This document shows, piece by piece, positions 39,401 through 47,533 of a stretch of DNA of 64,000 nt (within the stretch, counting starts at the first letter, position 1; the number at the start of each line of letters is the position of its first letter). Under the pieces are notes generated by a model. That model ran no database searches, was not told where the DNA came from, and worked only from the letters and a program-made list of their open reading frames with translations. Source of the DNA: an uncultured Bacteroidales bacterium (GTDB lineage Bacteria; Bacteroidota; Bacteroidia; Bacteroidales; JALTDM01). The DNA is taken from contig CAYQWX010000002.1 of the NCBI GenBank assembly GCA_964421355.1, positions 10,241 to 74,240 on the forward strand, given 5' to 3'. The translations under genes and the position numbers were made by a program.

Positions 39401-42400
39401 TCGGCAGATTTAGGTAATCCATCATCAGGTAGAGGATTTTTACTTTTTTTACGGTTTCTAATACCTATCATTACGGTTTTAATATTGCTTATGTTCGGGT
39501 TTCCAACAATAGTAATCATTCTTTCTCCGTCTGCTACTTTGTATGGTGTGGTTAGTGATACTGTGGAATTGTTTGTGAGCATTGCATTGTTTCTAGCTTG
39601 TTTAGCTTGTAGTAGTATATCAAAAGGAATGTCTATTTCATTAGCAGTAGGCCAGACTATTTCTCTATCATCTTGATTGTCATTATTATAACTACCTGGA
39701 GGTGTTAGGTAAACAGGGACTTCGTATTCATAATAGTTGTCTTTGAAATCGGAACCTAAGCGAATAAATACGCAAACATCTTTGTCGTTAAGAGGTGTTT
39801 CTGCATAAGGAAGAGCTTCGGCATGTATAAACATCTTTAAGCGTTTGTATTTACGCACATCCATATTTAATGTTTTGTAAACGGCTTTTGCATCTCCATC
39901 GGGTAAGTTTATTACTTTTAACAATAAGGCTTGTTCATTTAACTCCCTCAATTGTGGTTGTGTGGGGTCTATCATACGGGTTACTCCGGGAGGTAGCACA
40001 TAGTTTACAGGTTGTTTTTTGCTGTTTTCTTCTATATTTACTGCTCCTACTTCAAATGAAGAAGAGCCTTGTTCTTCAGGTTCATACATGCCTCCGTCCA
40101 TAAGGGAGAAGCGATATTTACGCCATTCGTTTCTTACTAATTCTAATGTGCCAAATCTGAATACAGTTTTTCTATCGAACCCCTTAAATAACATTCGCAT
40201 AAAGCGGATAGATTTAAAATCACTTATTTCTCCTACTACTTTATCCGGTTGGTAAATTGGGATACGTATATGGTACCATTTTACTTTTATCCCATTGGCA
40301 TCTGTTTCATTGCTTTCTATTATATCTGTAATGTAATTTTTACCAACTTGCATATCTTCAGGAGCGATGTGTAATTTGTATTCAAAATAATTTTCGGCTT
40401 CGCTCAGTGTGTTGTCATCGTTTATGTCTTCTTTGTTGGGTAGTGAAGAATAAATGTCTTGTGTGTTGGGTTTGGAATTACCTTCAGGGTTGTTGTAATA
40501 TTTGTATCTGTCTATAATGTGTGCATGTTGTTGGTTGAATGTTTCATCTCTATAATGTTTGAAGTCATCGGCTGAAGGGTCATTGTAAGCTTGTAGGTAT
40601 GCTTGTGTATTTTCTCCAAGATATGCTTTTATACTGTCAAGGTAATCATATAAATATCCACCTCCGTAAAAACTTCTTTCATCATTGTCTCCAAGTCCGT
40701 CATATCCCACATCTTGATATTGACGAGCATTAACATCATCGCTAAATCCGTTGGTAACTGCCTGAATAATAGGAACACGTCCCCAAATAGTAGTATCCAC
40801 ATTTGTAATAACATCAGAAGAAGGTAATCCTTGTTCAAATTGTTTTCGGGAGTCTTTAAGTATGTCTTCGGAAATATCACCTAGGTCAAAATACATATAT
40901 CCACCTGTTGCCGTAGAGTCATATACAAAGGGGTCCATTAGCCAAAAATCTATAAATTCGATATTTGCAGCTTCAAAGTCATTTGTAGTAAGTGGTCTCA
41001 TTATACCTCCCCAACGACTTTGTGGATCTTTGAGAGTTCCGTCAGCATTAAGACCTGCTGAGAAGCTTGTAGGTTTTACATCAAAGTTGTAAGGACCTCT
41101 GTGTTTGGGGTCAAAAACCACATTAAGGGTGTAAATTTCAGGACGCTCGTCTGTTGCGTTTTGTCTTTGAGGGAATAATTCTTTTTTGTAAACGACTCTT
41201 ACAAAGTGGTTTTTTTGTTCTTGTTCGTTATTTTTGAGATAATCTGGAGTGTTAGATGTGTTTGTTACTAAAGACAAATCTACTGTAAACCAATTGATAC
41301 GAGCTCTGTTAAAATTGGTTTCTATTCCGTAAAAGTTTCCTTCGGGGAAATCATTATTTTTTTGTGGTACACTACTTAAAAACCATCTTGTTCTTGAAGA
41401 GAGGTCTATGCTTGTTTGGCTTCCTTCGAAATCATCTATATATGCGTTTCCTTTTTTGTCTATTGCTTTATTGTGTCCTGGTATCAGTTGGGCAAATTCA
41501 CCGCTTACTGTTATATTTGACATTTCTTTAGTGTCTATAAGTGGTATTTTGTCTATCAATTTGGTTAGGAACCGAGAATCTCTTCTGTATGTTCCATCTA
41601 GTCCCCATATAGTATTTGATATAGGCTCGTCTCCTATGTTTACTTTTTGCGTGAGGGGTTTTTCGGTAAGGTTTAGAATAGTAGCACCTAATCTAAAATC
41701 TTTTGAAACATTGTAATCTAGGTGTGTGCCTATCAATGATTTACTTTGAATACTAAACATAGTATTACTTTCCAGAGAGATTTTTATTGGTACTCCCGAT
41801 TGCAATAATCCTTGATTAAGAATGGTAACTTTACCTATATTGTAATCTACTACATAATCTACATTTTCTGTAAGTTCTTGACCATTTGCAGTTACTTTTA
41901 CTGAGCCTGGAGGAATGTTTATTGCGTTAAGAGATATTTCTGAGCCTGATGCGGAGCGATATTCACCTTTTAAGAAGAATTTGTCTTTATCTGCTATTTG
42001 TTGTGCTATATATTGTGTAGAGTCATAGAGTTCTTGGTAAACATATTTTTTTGCAACAGTAGTATCGGCAGGATTATTTGCTACTATTTTATTTTTCAAA
42101 AAACTTCCGAATGGTTCCAATTCAGGAAATATTATTTTACCATTGTTGGCAATAATAGTGTATCCGTCAATAAAGTCAAATTTTCCATCATGTACTCGTT
42201 GCTGTTGGTCGTTCAAATTGTCTAGGTTCATTACTTGGAGTAATCTTTCTCCGCTGATAGCACCTGCATCTGATAGGTAATCGATGGCTGTACCTGTTTG
42301 GTCGTTTTGATAAAATATATAAAGTTCAAATCCATCAGGATTTATTTGGTATGAGTTTAAAGAATAGATATTTTTCATCATAAGGTCCCAATTAGGTTTA

Positions 42401-43962
42401 TGTGGAGAAAAACTTGTGCCTTTTATCATTTTCACTACCAAAGCGTTAGGTGGGTTTATTCCGTCAGTGGAGAATTCTCCTACTTGATAAGTTTTTCCAT
42501 TGTATGTGTATTGGAATGCAACGGCTAATACTTCGTCGGAGTTTAAAGCAGAATTTAATGAAATATATCCAAGATTATCATTTACTTTATATTCGGACGG
42601 AGACAGTTTTCTTGCAGATTCTACTTTCACGAAGTCACTACCACCTACCAGTCCGATACCTTCAAGGTATTGGGAGGCGGTATTAAAAGAGCGAATTAGA
42701 GAGTCTTGTTTTACATCGATGAGGGTATTAGCGGAGTCTGAGGGTATGTCATAAGGGAAATTTGGATTTGGTAGAACTACTGAAGGATTATTTAGATGAG
42801 AGCGTTCACCTAAGTCAATTAATGCAATAATGTTTCTTGCATTTTCATATCGTCCCGTTTTGTTTGTTACCCATACTTCTACTTTTGTAATTCTTATTGG
42901 GGAAGTTACTACCGGTAGATTTTTTAACCATTCTTCATAATGATCTCTAAAAAAGTGTGATAAAAAGAAGTGCTTATTTGCTTCATAGTCAGATGCTTTA
43001 ATTTTAAACTCTTGTTTTTGTGCCCCGCCTTCTACTTCTATTGTTTGACTTTTACCTTTTTGTTGTGAAAATATACTTGTTACATCAAGATGCCCAAATT
43101 TAAGTTTTGTTTTTATTCCGAATAATGTTTGACTTCCTGATATAAGTGTTCCTGTAAGTGGTAAAGATACGTTTCCAGCTTCTATTTCTTGTATTATTTC
43201 GTCTTCATCACCTTGGTAGGCAATTTTCATTTTGTTTTCAAAATCAAAACTTGCTTCTGTATCGTAATTGGCATTTACTCTTAGTTTATCTCCTATTTGA
43301 CCTGTAACATTCATTTGTATTTTTTCCTGAAAGTCAAAAGTGGTAACTACTTGTTGGTCTTTTTGAAGTTGAGGGTTGCGATTTACATTTACATCCAATC
43401 CAAAACTCAACTCTGCTGCTCCATTAGGAGTTATGCTTATTGTATTGGACCCGAAAATGCTTTGAAAAGCCTCTCCTCCTAAATGTAATGACGGAATGAG
43501 TGAACTGTGTCCTTCATAGGTGGCATTTTGAGCCTTAAGCCTCCAATATTTTTGAATAGATTTGTCAATATCGAAGTTTCTATATTCGTCAAAAGACATT
43601 ACCCTTGCTGGTGGATAAATGCGTTTACCTCCTATTTTTTGATAGAATATATAATTTCCTGTTTCAGGGTCATATTCTACTTCATTTTCCATGTTGCTTG
43701 GGTTGCCTAGATATAATGGTGAAGTAAGATTTGAATTTGGGAAAGGATAGCCTTCTGTTTTGGGGAAAGGATAAGGTAGAGAAATAGTGTCATTAGAGGT
43801 TGATGATGTATCTGATGTTGAAGGAGGTGTAATGCTATCTGTTTTTTGAGTTAATGTTAATGTATGTGATTCTAAAAAGTTTGTGGCATCTGAATTAATA
43901 GCTATTCCCCATGCCGTAGTTAGCAAAAATGTAAAGATTATGTAGTTAAAAAATGTTCTCAA
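36460..43962 (-). CDS. sprA: Type IX secretion system translocon / gliding protein SprA
   Basis: 2500-aa secreted beta-rich protein in the classic ruvA-sprA arrangement of Bacteroidota. It has a signal-peptide-like N-terminus. The only in-frame start is TTG 43962, which overlaps the ruvA stop (TTGA). Confidence 0.85.
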   Translation of the reverse strand: MRTFFNYIIFTFLLTTAWGIAINSDATNFLESHTLTLTQKTDSITPPSTSDTSSTSNDTISLPYPFPKTEGYPFPNSNLTSPLYLGNPSNMENEVEYDPETGNYIFYQKIGGKRIYPPARVMSFDEYRNFDIDKSIQKYWRLKAQNATYEGHSSLIPSLHLGGEAFQSIFGSNTISITPNGAAELSFGLDVNVNRNPQLQKDQQVVTTFDFQEKIQMNVTGQIGDKLRVNANYDTEASFDFENKMKIAYQGDEDEIIQEIEAGNVSLPLTGTLISGSQTLFGIKTKLKFGHLDVTSIFSQQKGKSQTIEVEGGAQKQEFKIKASDYEANKHFFLSHFFRDHYEEWLKNLPVVTSPIRITKVEVWVTNKTGRYENARNIIALIDLGERSHLNNPSVVLPNPNFPYDIPSDSANTLIDVKQDSLIRSFNTASQYLEGIGLVGGSDFVKVESARKLSPSEYKVNDNLGYISLNSALNSDEVLAVAFQYTYNGKTYQVGEFSTDGINPPNALVVKMIKGTSFSPHKPNWDLMMKNIYSLNSYQINPDGFELYIFYQNDQTGTAIDYLSDAGAISGERLLQVMNLDNLNDQQQRVHDGKFDFIDGYTIIANNGKIIFPELEPFGSFLKNKIVANNPADTTVAKKYVYQELYDSTQYIAQQIADKDKFFLKGEYRSASGSEISLNAINIPPGSVKVTANGQELTENVDYVVDYNIGKVTILNQGLLQSGVPIKISLESNTMFSIQSKSLIGTHLDYNVSKDFRLGATILNLTEKPLTQKVNIGDEPISNTIWGLDGTYRRDSRFLTKLIDKIPLIDTKEMSNITVSGEFAQLIPGHNKAIDKKGNAYIDDFEGSQTSIDLSSRTRWFLSSVPQKNNDFPEGNFYGIETNFNRARINWFTVDLSLVTNTSNTPDYLKNNEQEQKNHFVRVVYKKELFPQRQNATDERPEIYTLNVVFDPKHRGPYNFDVKPTSFSAGLNADGTLKDPQSRWGGIMRPLTTNDFEAANIEFIDFWLMDPFVYDSTATGGYMYFDLGDISEDILKDSRKQFEQGLPSSDVITNVDTTIWGRVPIIQAVTNGFSDDVNARQYQDVGYDGLGDNDERSFYGGGYLYDYLDSIKAYLGENTQAYLQAYNDPSADDFKHYRDETFNQQHAHIIDRYKYYNNPEGNSKPNTQDIYSSLPNKEDINDDNTLSEAENYFEYKLHIAPEDMQVGKNYITDIIESNETDANGIKVKWYHIRIPIYQPDKVVGEISDFKSIRFMRMLFKGFDRKTVFRFGTLELVRNEWRKYRFSLMDGGMYEPEEQGSSSFEVGAVNIEENSKKQPVNYVLPPGVTRMIDPTQPQLRELNEQALLLKVINLPDGDAKAVYKTLNMDVRKYKRLKMFIHAEALPYAETPLNDKDVCVFIRLGSDFKDNYYEYEVPVYLTPPGSYNNDNQDDREIVWPTANEIDIPFDILLQAKQARNNAMLTNNSTVSLTTPYKVADGERMITIVGNPNISNIKTVMIGIRNRKKSKNPLPDDGLPKSAEIWVNELRLTDFDEKGGWAATTRISAKLADLGNVTISCMTSKPGFGSLEQKLSERSKEDIYQYNISTNLQLGKFFPEKLNVRVPMFFSTSEMFSNPQYNPLDPDIPTDVTLKNLNPQQRDSVKRIIQTYVKRRSLNFTNVQIGKMPRKPRLWTLNNWAATYSYNEIFMRDINTDHNITKNYHTALTYNFNNSPKNYAPFRKSRSKILRSKYLKLIKDFNFYIMPQSITFTTDVTRNYNEVLKRNLTPGYEITMVPTFNKNFYWNRNFSLRHKFTRSLSFDFTSGSNAIIGEPQGYVDNNTLRDSLFDAIMGKGGRINNYQHSLNLSYALPINKLPYLNWVSATVGYSGRYKWQASPVVETPGSDEDFIDPGNTIINGNTQHANLNLNMLSLYNNFKYLRKLRQKYSRPQRKNRRKEVYYPDKGQPPIYMNFKKGKPKSVYHRLKTEDVAITVTDSAGKKISGKTKIINKNRLVFISDTTIKNAKIQVVGTREDVDPLWKQIMERSILAMMGIKNIRATYSVNQATSIPGYRYKSQLIGMQKLASGLYAPGPYFIVGWQENLDSLIRNATDQSWLVKDTSLIQNIGNTNNVNLDLKASIQPFKGVKIDLTATRSISNSTSKQLYYRYNTNDFEIRNSSDRGNFNITFNTIKTSFKGLKRDPITNELESPLFIEFLNKRLEVAKAMAYKRRNNDPNNYSANIINNHSSVNNGYPDGYGPFQQDVMIATFLAVYSGNNPTTFAKAKDFFLSIPYPNWRVSITGLTNYKLIKHYFRTFTISHAYTSTFSINSYTTNLLYNPNESGFSYVRDMVGNFYPKYDMLGVTIDERFSPLINIDATMNNSLLARVEIRKNRTITLSTSNGQINEMNGTEYTVGSGYRFKSLKITVKAGGWNKTFDSDLDLRLDLSMRKQVNIINRIQERLSQVTSGTVIYTIKFTADYALGPQFTVRLFYDHTINKSVINYPPLTANARFGVSVRFSLAQ

Positions 43963-44567
43963 CCTGCTAAGATTTTTAGAGTTTTACGCACAACATCTGC
44001 TACATCCGAATATTCTCCGGAGGCTAAAACTTTGTTTATAGCTTTTTCTGCTTCTTTTCTTTTGTATCCCAAAGCCAATAAAGCACTTAACGAATCGGAA
44101 GCTATTCTATTGTGTAAATTATGTGTTTTTTTAGTAAAATTTCCTTGGTCATCATTAGCTAATTCATTTGTTTTTATCTTGTCTTTTAAATCAACAATTA
44201 TTCTTTCTGCTGTTTTGGTTCCTATTCCTTTTATTGTCTTAAATGTTTTAGTATCACCATTAGCAATTGCTATCATTGCTTCATTATAGGTGAGGGAAGA
44301 TAATATAACTCTGGCAGTATTAGCTCCTACGCCATTTACCGTAATAAGTAATCTGAAAATCTCTCTCTCTTTTGAGTCTGCAAAACCATAAAGAATATAG
44401 GCATCTTCTCTTATTACTTCGTGAATATATATTTGTGTGATGGTTTTGTTTTTTAATAAAGAGTGTGTGTATAAAGAAATATTGATGTAATAACCTATAC
44501 CATTTACATCTAAAATTAAAAAAGTAGGAGTATTTTCCTTGATTTCACCTCTTAAATAATCAATCAT
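43959..44567 (-). CDS. ruvA: Holliday junction branch migration complex subunit RuvA
   Basis: MIDYLRGEI...GIGYYINIS N-terminus, two HhH motifs (VNGVGANTA, IKGIGTKTAERI) and C-terminal domain III. Confidence 0.9.
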   Translation of the reverse strand: MIDYLRGEIKENTPTFLILDVNGIGYYINISLYTHSLLKNKTITQIYIHEVIREDAYILYGFADSKEREIFRLLITVNGVGANTARVILSSLTYNEAMIAIANGDTKTFKTIKGIGTKTAERIIVDLKDKIKTNELANDDQGNFTKKTHNLHNRIASDSLSALLALGYKRKEAEKAINKVLASGEYSDVADVVRKTLKILAG

Positions 44568-44582
44568 TTATTAAATTTTGCA

Positions 44583-44590
44583 CAAAATTA
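44583..44590 (-). promoter_or_regulatory. Candidate -7 promoter box (TAATTTTG on minus strand) for ruvA-sprA
   Basis: TAnnTTTG match 16 nt upstream of ATG 44567. Confidence 0.4.
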
Positions 44591-44616
44591 ATTTTTTTGT
44601 AAAAAGTTTTCTTTTT

Positions 44617-45165
44617 TTAATCTCTATAAGCAGGACACCTTACACTGCTTCTTCCTCTTTTTCTCATGCCTCCAAAGCGATTGTTGTGATTACAACCTAA
44701 AAAGAAGAATATGATTCCTGCACGGGCATTTATTTCTTGCCAATATGCATTATATCTTGCTTCTACATAAGGATATATATGACAATTTATAGCCCATCTT
44801 AATCCTAATCCTGCTTCTTCCGTTATACTTTCGGGTTTAGCATAAGTGTTGTGAAATTCAATATAATTAAACCAGTTATTTTTTTCTACACCTGCTAACA
44901 AATATATTTCAGGATTTTTAAGGAGAATGGTAAAATCGATGTCCATCCCCCAATAATCTTCAAATATTTTATTGAAAGAAGGGAAACGGTTATATTGCGG
45001 AACAAAAGCCCACCTGGGTGATACTTGCCAATGAAGTCTCAAGTCGTATCCGATGCTTTTGGTTCTAAAATTATAAATTCCACCTATTCCAAGTCCTAAT
45101 TTTTGAGAATAACCGTGTAGTATTATGCCTGCAAACAATAATATGAAGAGTAAGTTTTTTTTCAT
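44617..45165 (-). CDS. Small outer-membrane beta-barrel-like protein with an unusual basic, Cys-containing C-terminal tail
   Basis: Signal peptide MKKNLLFILLFAGIILHGYSQ. The strand pattern ends ...AGIIFFF and is then followed by 27 extra residues, LGCNHNNRFGGMRKRGRSSVRCPAYRD. Confidence 0.5.
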   Translation of the reverse strand: MKKNLLFILLFAGIILHGYSQKLGLGIGGIYNFRTKSIGYDLRLHWQVSPRWAFVPQYNRFPSFNKIFEDYWGMDIDFTILLKNPEIYLLAGVEKNNWFNYIEFHNTYAKPESITEEAGLGLRWAINCHIYPYVEARYNAYWQEINARAGIIFFFLGCNHNNRFGGMRKRGRSSVRCPAYRD

Positions 45166-45421
45166 AAAAAAATTTTTTGCAAAGTAAATTAAAAATGTTA
45201 AATCTTGATTAAAATATTTACATTGAATTTGTGTGTAGATATAAAAAAATAAATGATGACCAAAATAATTTTACCGGGATATTAAAAATGTAATATTTGA
45301 TAGTTTAATTTACCGATAAACAAATTGAGTATTCCATTTTAATAAAAAAAGTAGTTTGTTCTGTATTTACAAAAAAAATATTATTATTGACACGATTTTT
45401 AACTTTAAAATAAATATAATT

Positions 45422-46609
45422 ATGAAACGAACTATTGTAAAATTACCGGGAGATGGCATAGGTAGAGTAGTATTGGAAGAAGCTATACGAGTATTGGATG
45501 CAGCTGGCTTTGAAGCGGAATATATAGAAGGAGATATAGGTTGGGAATTTTGGAAAAAAGAAGGTAATCCTTTGCCTGATAGAACTATAGATCTTTTGAA
45601 AAAGCACAAAATAGGATTGTTTGGTGCCATTACTTCTAAGCCTAAAGATGAAGCGGCAAAGGAATTGTCTCCTGATCTCCAAGGTAAAGGATATATCTAT
45701 TCCAGTCCTATAGTCGGATTAAGGCAATTGTTTAATTTGGATATAAGCATTAGACCTTGTCGTACTTATGAAGGTAATCCCTTGAACTTTATTAGAAGAG
45801 GTAAAGGTGATTCTGTAGAAGAACCTAAAGTAGATGTAGTAATTTTCCGTCAAAATACAGAAGGGTTGTATTCAGGTGTTGAATGGAGTAATCCTCCTGA
45901 AAATGTTCATGAAGCTTTTTTAAGTCATACAAAGTTTAAAAAGAATTTTGGTAATGTGCCGAAAGAAGATTTGGCTATATCTACAAGGATATTTACAAGA
46001 AAAGCAGTGGAAAGGATATTGAGGTCGGCTTTTGAATATGCTAAAAACTATGGCTATAAATCGGTTACTGTGTGTGAAAAACCGAATGTGTTGAGAGAAA
46101 CTTCGGGTATGATGTATAAAATGGCTAAAGAAATGCAGGCAAAAGATTATCCGAATATAGAATTGTGGAATACAAATATTGATGCTCAGATGATGTGGCT
46201 TACAAAAAATCCGGAAAATTATGGTGTAATTGTAGCGGGAAATATGTTTGGAGACATTATTTCCGATGGTTTTGCCGGATTGGTAGGAGGATTGGGCTTT
46301 GCTTCCAGTGCAAATATTGGTGATGAAGTTGCAGTGTTTGAGCCTACTCATGGCTCTGCTCCTAAATATGCAGAGTTTGAAGTGCCAATTGTAAATCCTA
46401 TTGCAATGATAGAGGCAGCATGTATGATGCTTGATCATATAGGAGAAAACAAAAAAGCACAAAAAATAAGAAATGCCATTGCGGAAGTTATAAAAGAAGG
46501 TAAGGTAAGAACTTATGATATGTTGAAGCTTAAAGGTGCTCCGGATGTAATAAAACAAGGTGCTGCAAGCACTTATGAAATGACTGATGCAATAATCTCA
46601 AAATTATAG
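45422..46609 (+). CDS. Isocitrate/isopropylmalate dehydrogenase family (beta-decarboxylating dehydrogenase) protein
   Basis: LPGDGIGRVV, IFRQNTEGLYSG, NMFGDIISD and EPTHGSAPK blocks. Start set at ATG 45422 (MKRTIVKLPGDGIG). Substrate is not assignable by eye. Confidence 0.85.
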   Translation: MKRTIVKLPGDGIGRVVLEEAIRVLDAAGFEAEYIEGDIGWEFWKKEGNPLPDRTIDLLKKHKIGLFGAITSKPKDEAAKELSPDLQGKGYIYSSPIVGLRQLFNLDISIRPCRTYEGNPLNFIRRGKGDSVEEPKVDVVIFRQNTEGLYSGVEWSNPPENVHEAFLSHTKFKKNFGNVPKEDLAISTRIFTRKAVERILRSAFEYAKNYGYKSVTVCEKPNVLRETSGMMYKMAKEMQAKDYPNIELWNTNIDAQMMWLTKNPENYGVIVAGNMFGDIISDGFAGLVGGLGFASSANIGDEVAVFEPTHGSAPKYAEFEVPIVNPIAMIEAACMMLDHIGENKKAQKIRNAIAEVIKEGKVRTYDMLKLKGAPDVIKQGAASTYEMTDAIISKL

Positions 46610-46614
46610 AAATT

Positions 46615-47160
46615 ATGATGGAAGAAGTAAAAAGACTTTGGGGCAAAGAGCTCGATTGGATACAAGATGCCGAGTTAAGGGAAAAAACTGCTAAGGTGTG
46701 GGAACTTGCACTTAATCAAAGTGTGTTGAGTGCCGATGACTTGAACAGGATACCATTTACGCTAAAAGCTAATGGTCCTGTAGTTACATTTATGGCGCAT
46801 AAAAGGGCAGTAGTACATATTTCCCGTAAAAGTGCAGAAACTATAATAGAGATGTTTGGTGATGTTTTGCCTGTAAATATGGATGTGTTGATTTCGGGAG
46901 CAATTTTGTGCGATGTAGGTAAACTTTTGGAGTATGAATTGGATGAAAATGGTAATGCAATAGTTGGTAGATATGGTAAATATGTGAGACATCCTTTTTC
47001 GGGGGTTGCATTAGCGGCTGAGGTGGGATTACCTGCCGAAGTTCAGCATATAATTGCTGCACATGCGGGGGAAGGAGATATGATCACCAGAAGTGTAGAA
47101 GCATATATTGTTCATCATGCAGATTTTATGACATTTTTGCCATTTAAGAATCGCATATAG
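46615..47160 (+). CDS. HD-superfamily-like phosphohydrolase domain protein (variant motif)
   Basis: Helical protein with H...(L)CDVGK...RHPFSG...HIIAAHAGEGD...HHAD. It resembles the HD/HDIG layout but reads CD where HD is expected. It lies 5 nt downstream of the dehydrogenase gene. Confidence 0.55.
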   Translation: MMEEVKRLWGKELDWIQDAELREKTAKVWELALNQSVLSADDLNRIPFTLKANGPVVTFMAHKRAVVHISRKSAETIIEMFGDVLPVNMDVLISGAILCDVGKLLEYELDENGNAIVGRYGKYVRHPFSGVALAAEVGLPAEVQHIIAAHAGEGDMITRSVEAYIVHHADFMTFLPFKNRI

Positions 47161-47183
47161 GTATAGTATAGTAAATAAAATAA

Positions 47184-47207
47184 AAAAGGGGCTAAAAAGC
47201 CCCTTTT
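47184..47207. terminator. Bidirectional rho-independent terminator (HD gene + / tRNA-Leu -)
   Basis: aaaaggggc / gcccctttt stem with a 6-nt loop. Confidence 0.75.
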
Positions 47208-47213
47208 TTATTT

Positions 47214-47302
47214 TGGTGCCCGGGATCGGACTCGAACCGATACGGCCAAAAATGGCCACTGGATTTTAAGTCCAGCGCGTCTACCAATTCCGCCACCTGG
47301 GC
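47214..47302 (-). tRNA. tRNA-Leu (anticodon UAA), class II with long variable arm, CCA encoded
   Basis: The reverse complement is GCCCAGG TG GCGG AATTGGTAGA CGCG CTGGA CTTAAAA TCCAG TGGCCATTTTTGGCCGT ATCGG TTCGAGT CCGAT CCCGGGC A CCA. There is one A-C mismatch at acceptor pair 5:68. Confidence 0.9.
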
Positions 47303-47353
47303 AACCCTTATCAATAAAAAACCCGTGGTAAATTAACCACAGGTTTTTTACTG

Positions 47354-47426
47354 AGCGAGAAACGGGACTCGAACCCGCGACCCCAACCTTGGCAAGGTTG
47401 TGCTCTACCAACTGAGCTATTCTCGC
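47354..47426 (-). tRNA. tRNA-Gly (anticodon GCC)
   Basis: The reverse complement is GCGAGAA TA GCTC AGTTGGTA GAGC A CAACC TTGCCAA GGTTG GGGTC GCGGG TTCGAGT CCCGT TTCTCGC T, a perfect cloverleaf. Confidence 0.92.
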
Positions 47427-47533
47427 AAAAGATTTATATAAGAACCTTAAAAAAATTGCGTTGCAAATATACAACTTTTTTCTTTTACAAAAGTTTTTGT
47501 TATGTGATTTTTTTTGAAAAAATCTTAATTAAA

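Noticed and set aside
45920-46558. 212-aa antisense ORF inside the IDH/IPMDH-family gene. The same applies to the many 60-150-aa antisense ORFs inside hydA, hydB, sprA, hutU, htpG and the TonB receptor.
   Set aside because: Their composition is low-complexity and Cys/Phe/Ile-rich. They have no recognisable domains and lie fully inside strongly supported genes on the other strand. In AT-rich DNA such shadow frames are expected.
47208-47474. 88-aa minus-strand ORF in the track
   Set aside because: It is entirely made of tRNA-Leu and tRNA-Gly sequence plus their spacer. The tRNA cloverleaves are unambiguous, so the ORF is spurious.
47501-47530. AT-only palindrome gatttttt ttg aaaaaatc downstream of htpG as a terminator
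   Set aside because: The stem has only A-T pairs apart from its closing G-C pair and would be very weak. It was not listed as a feature.
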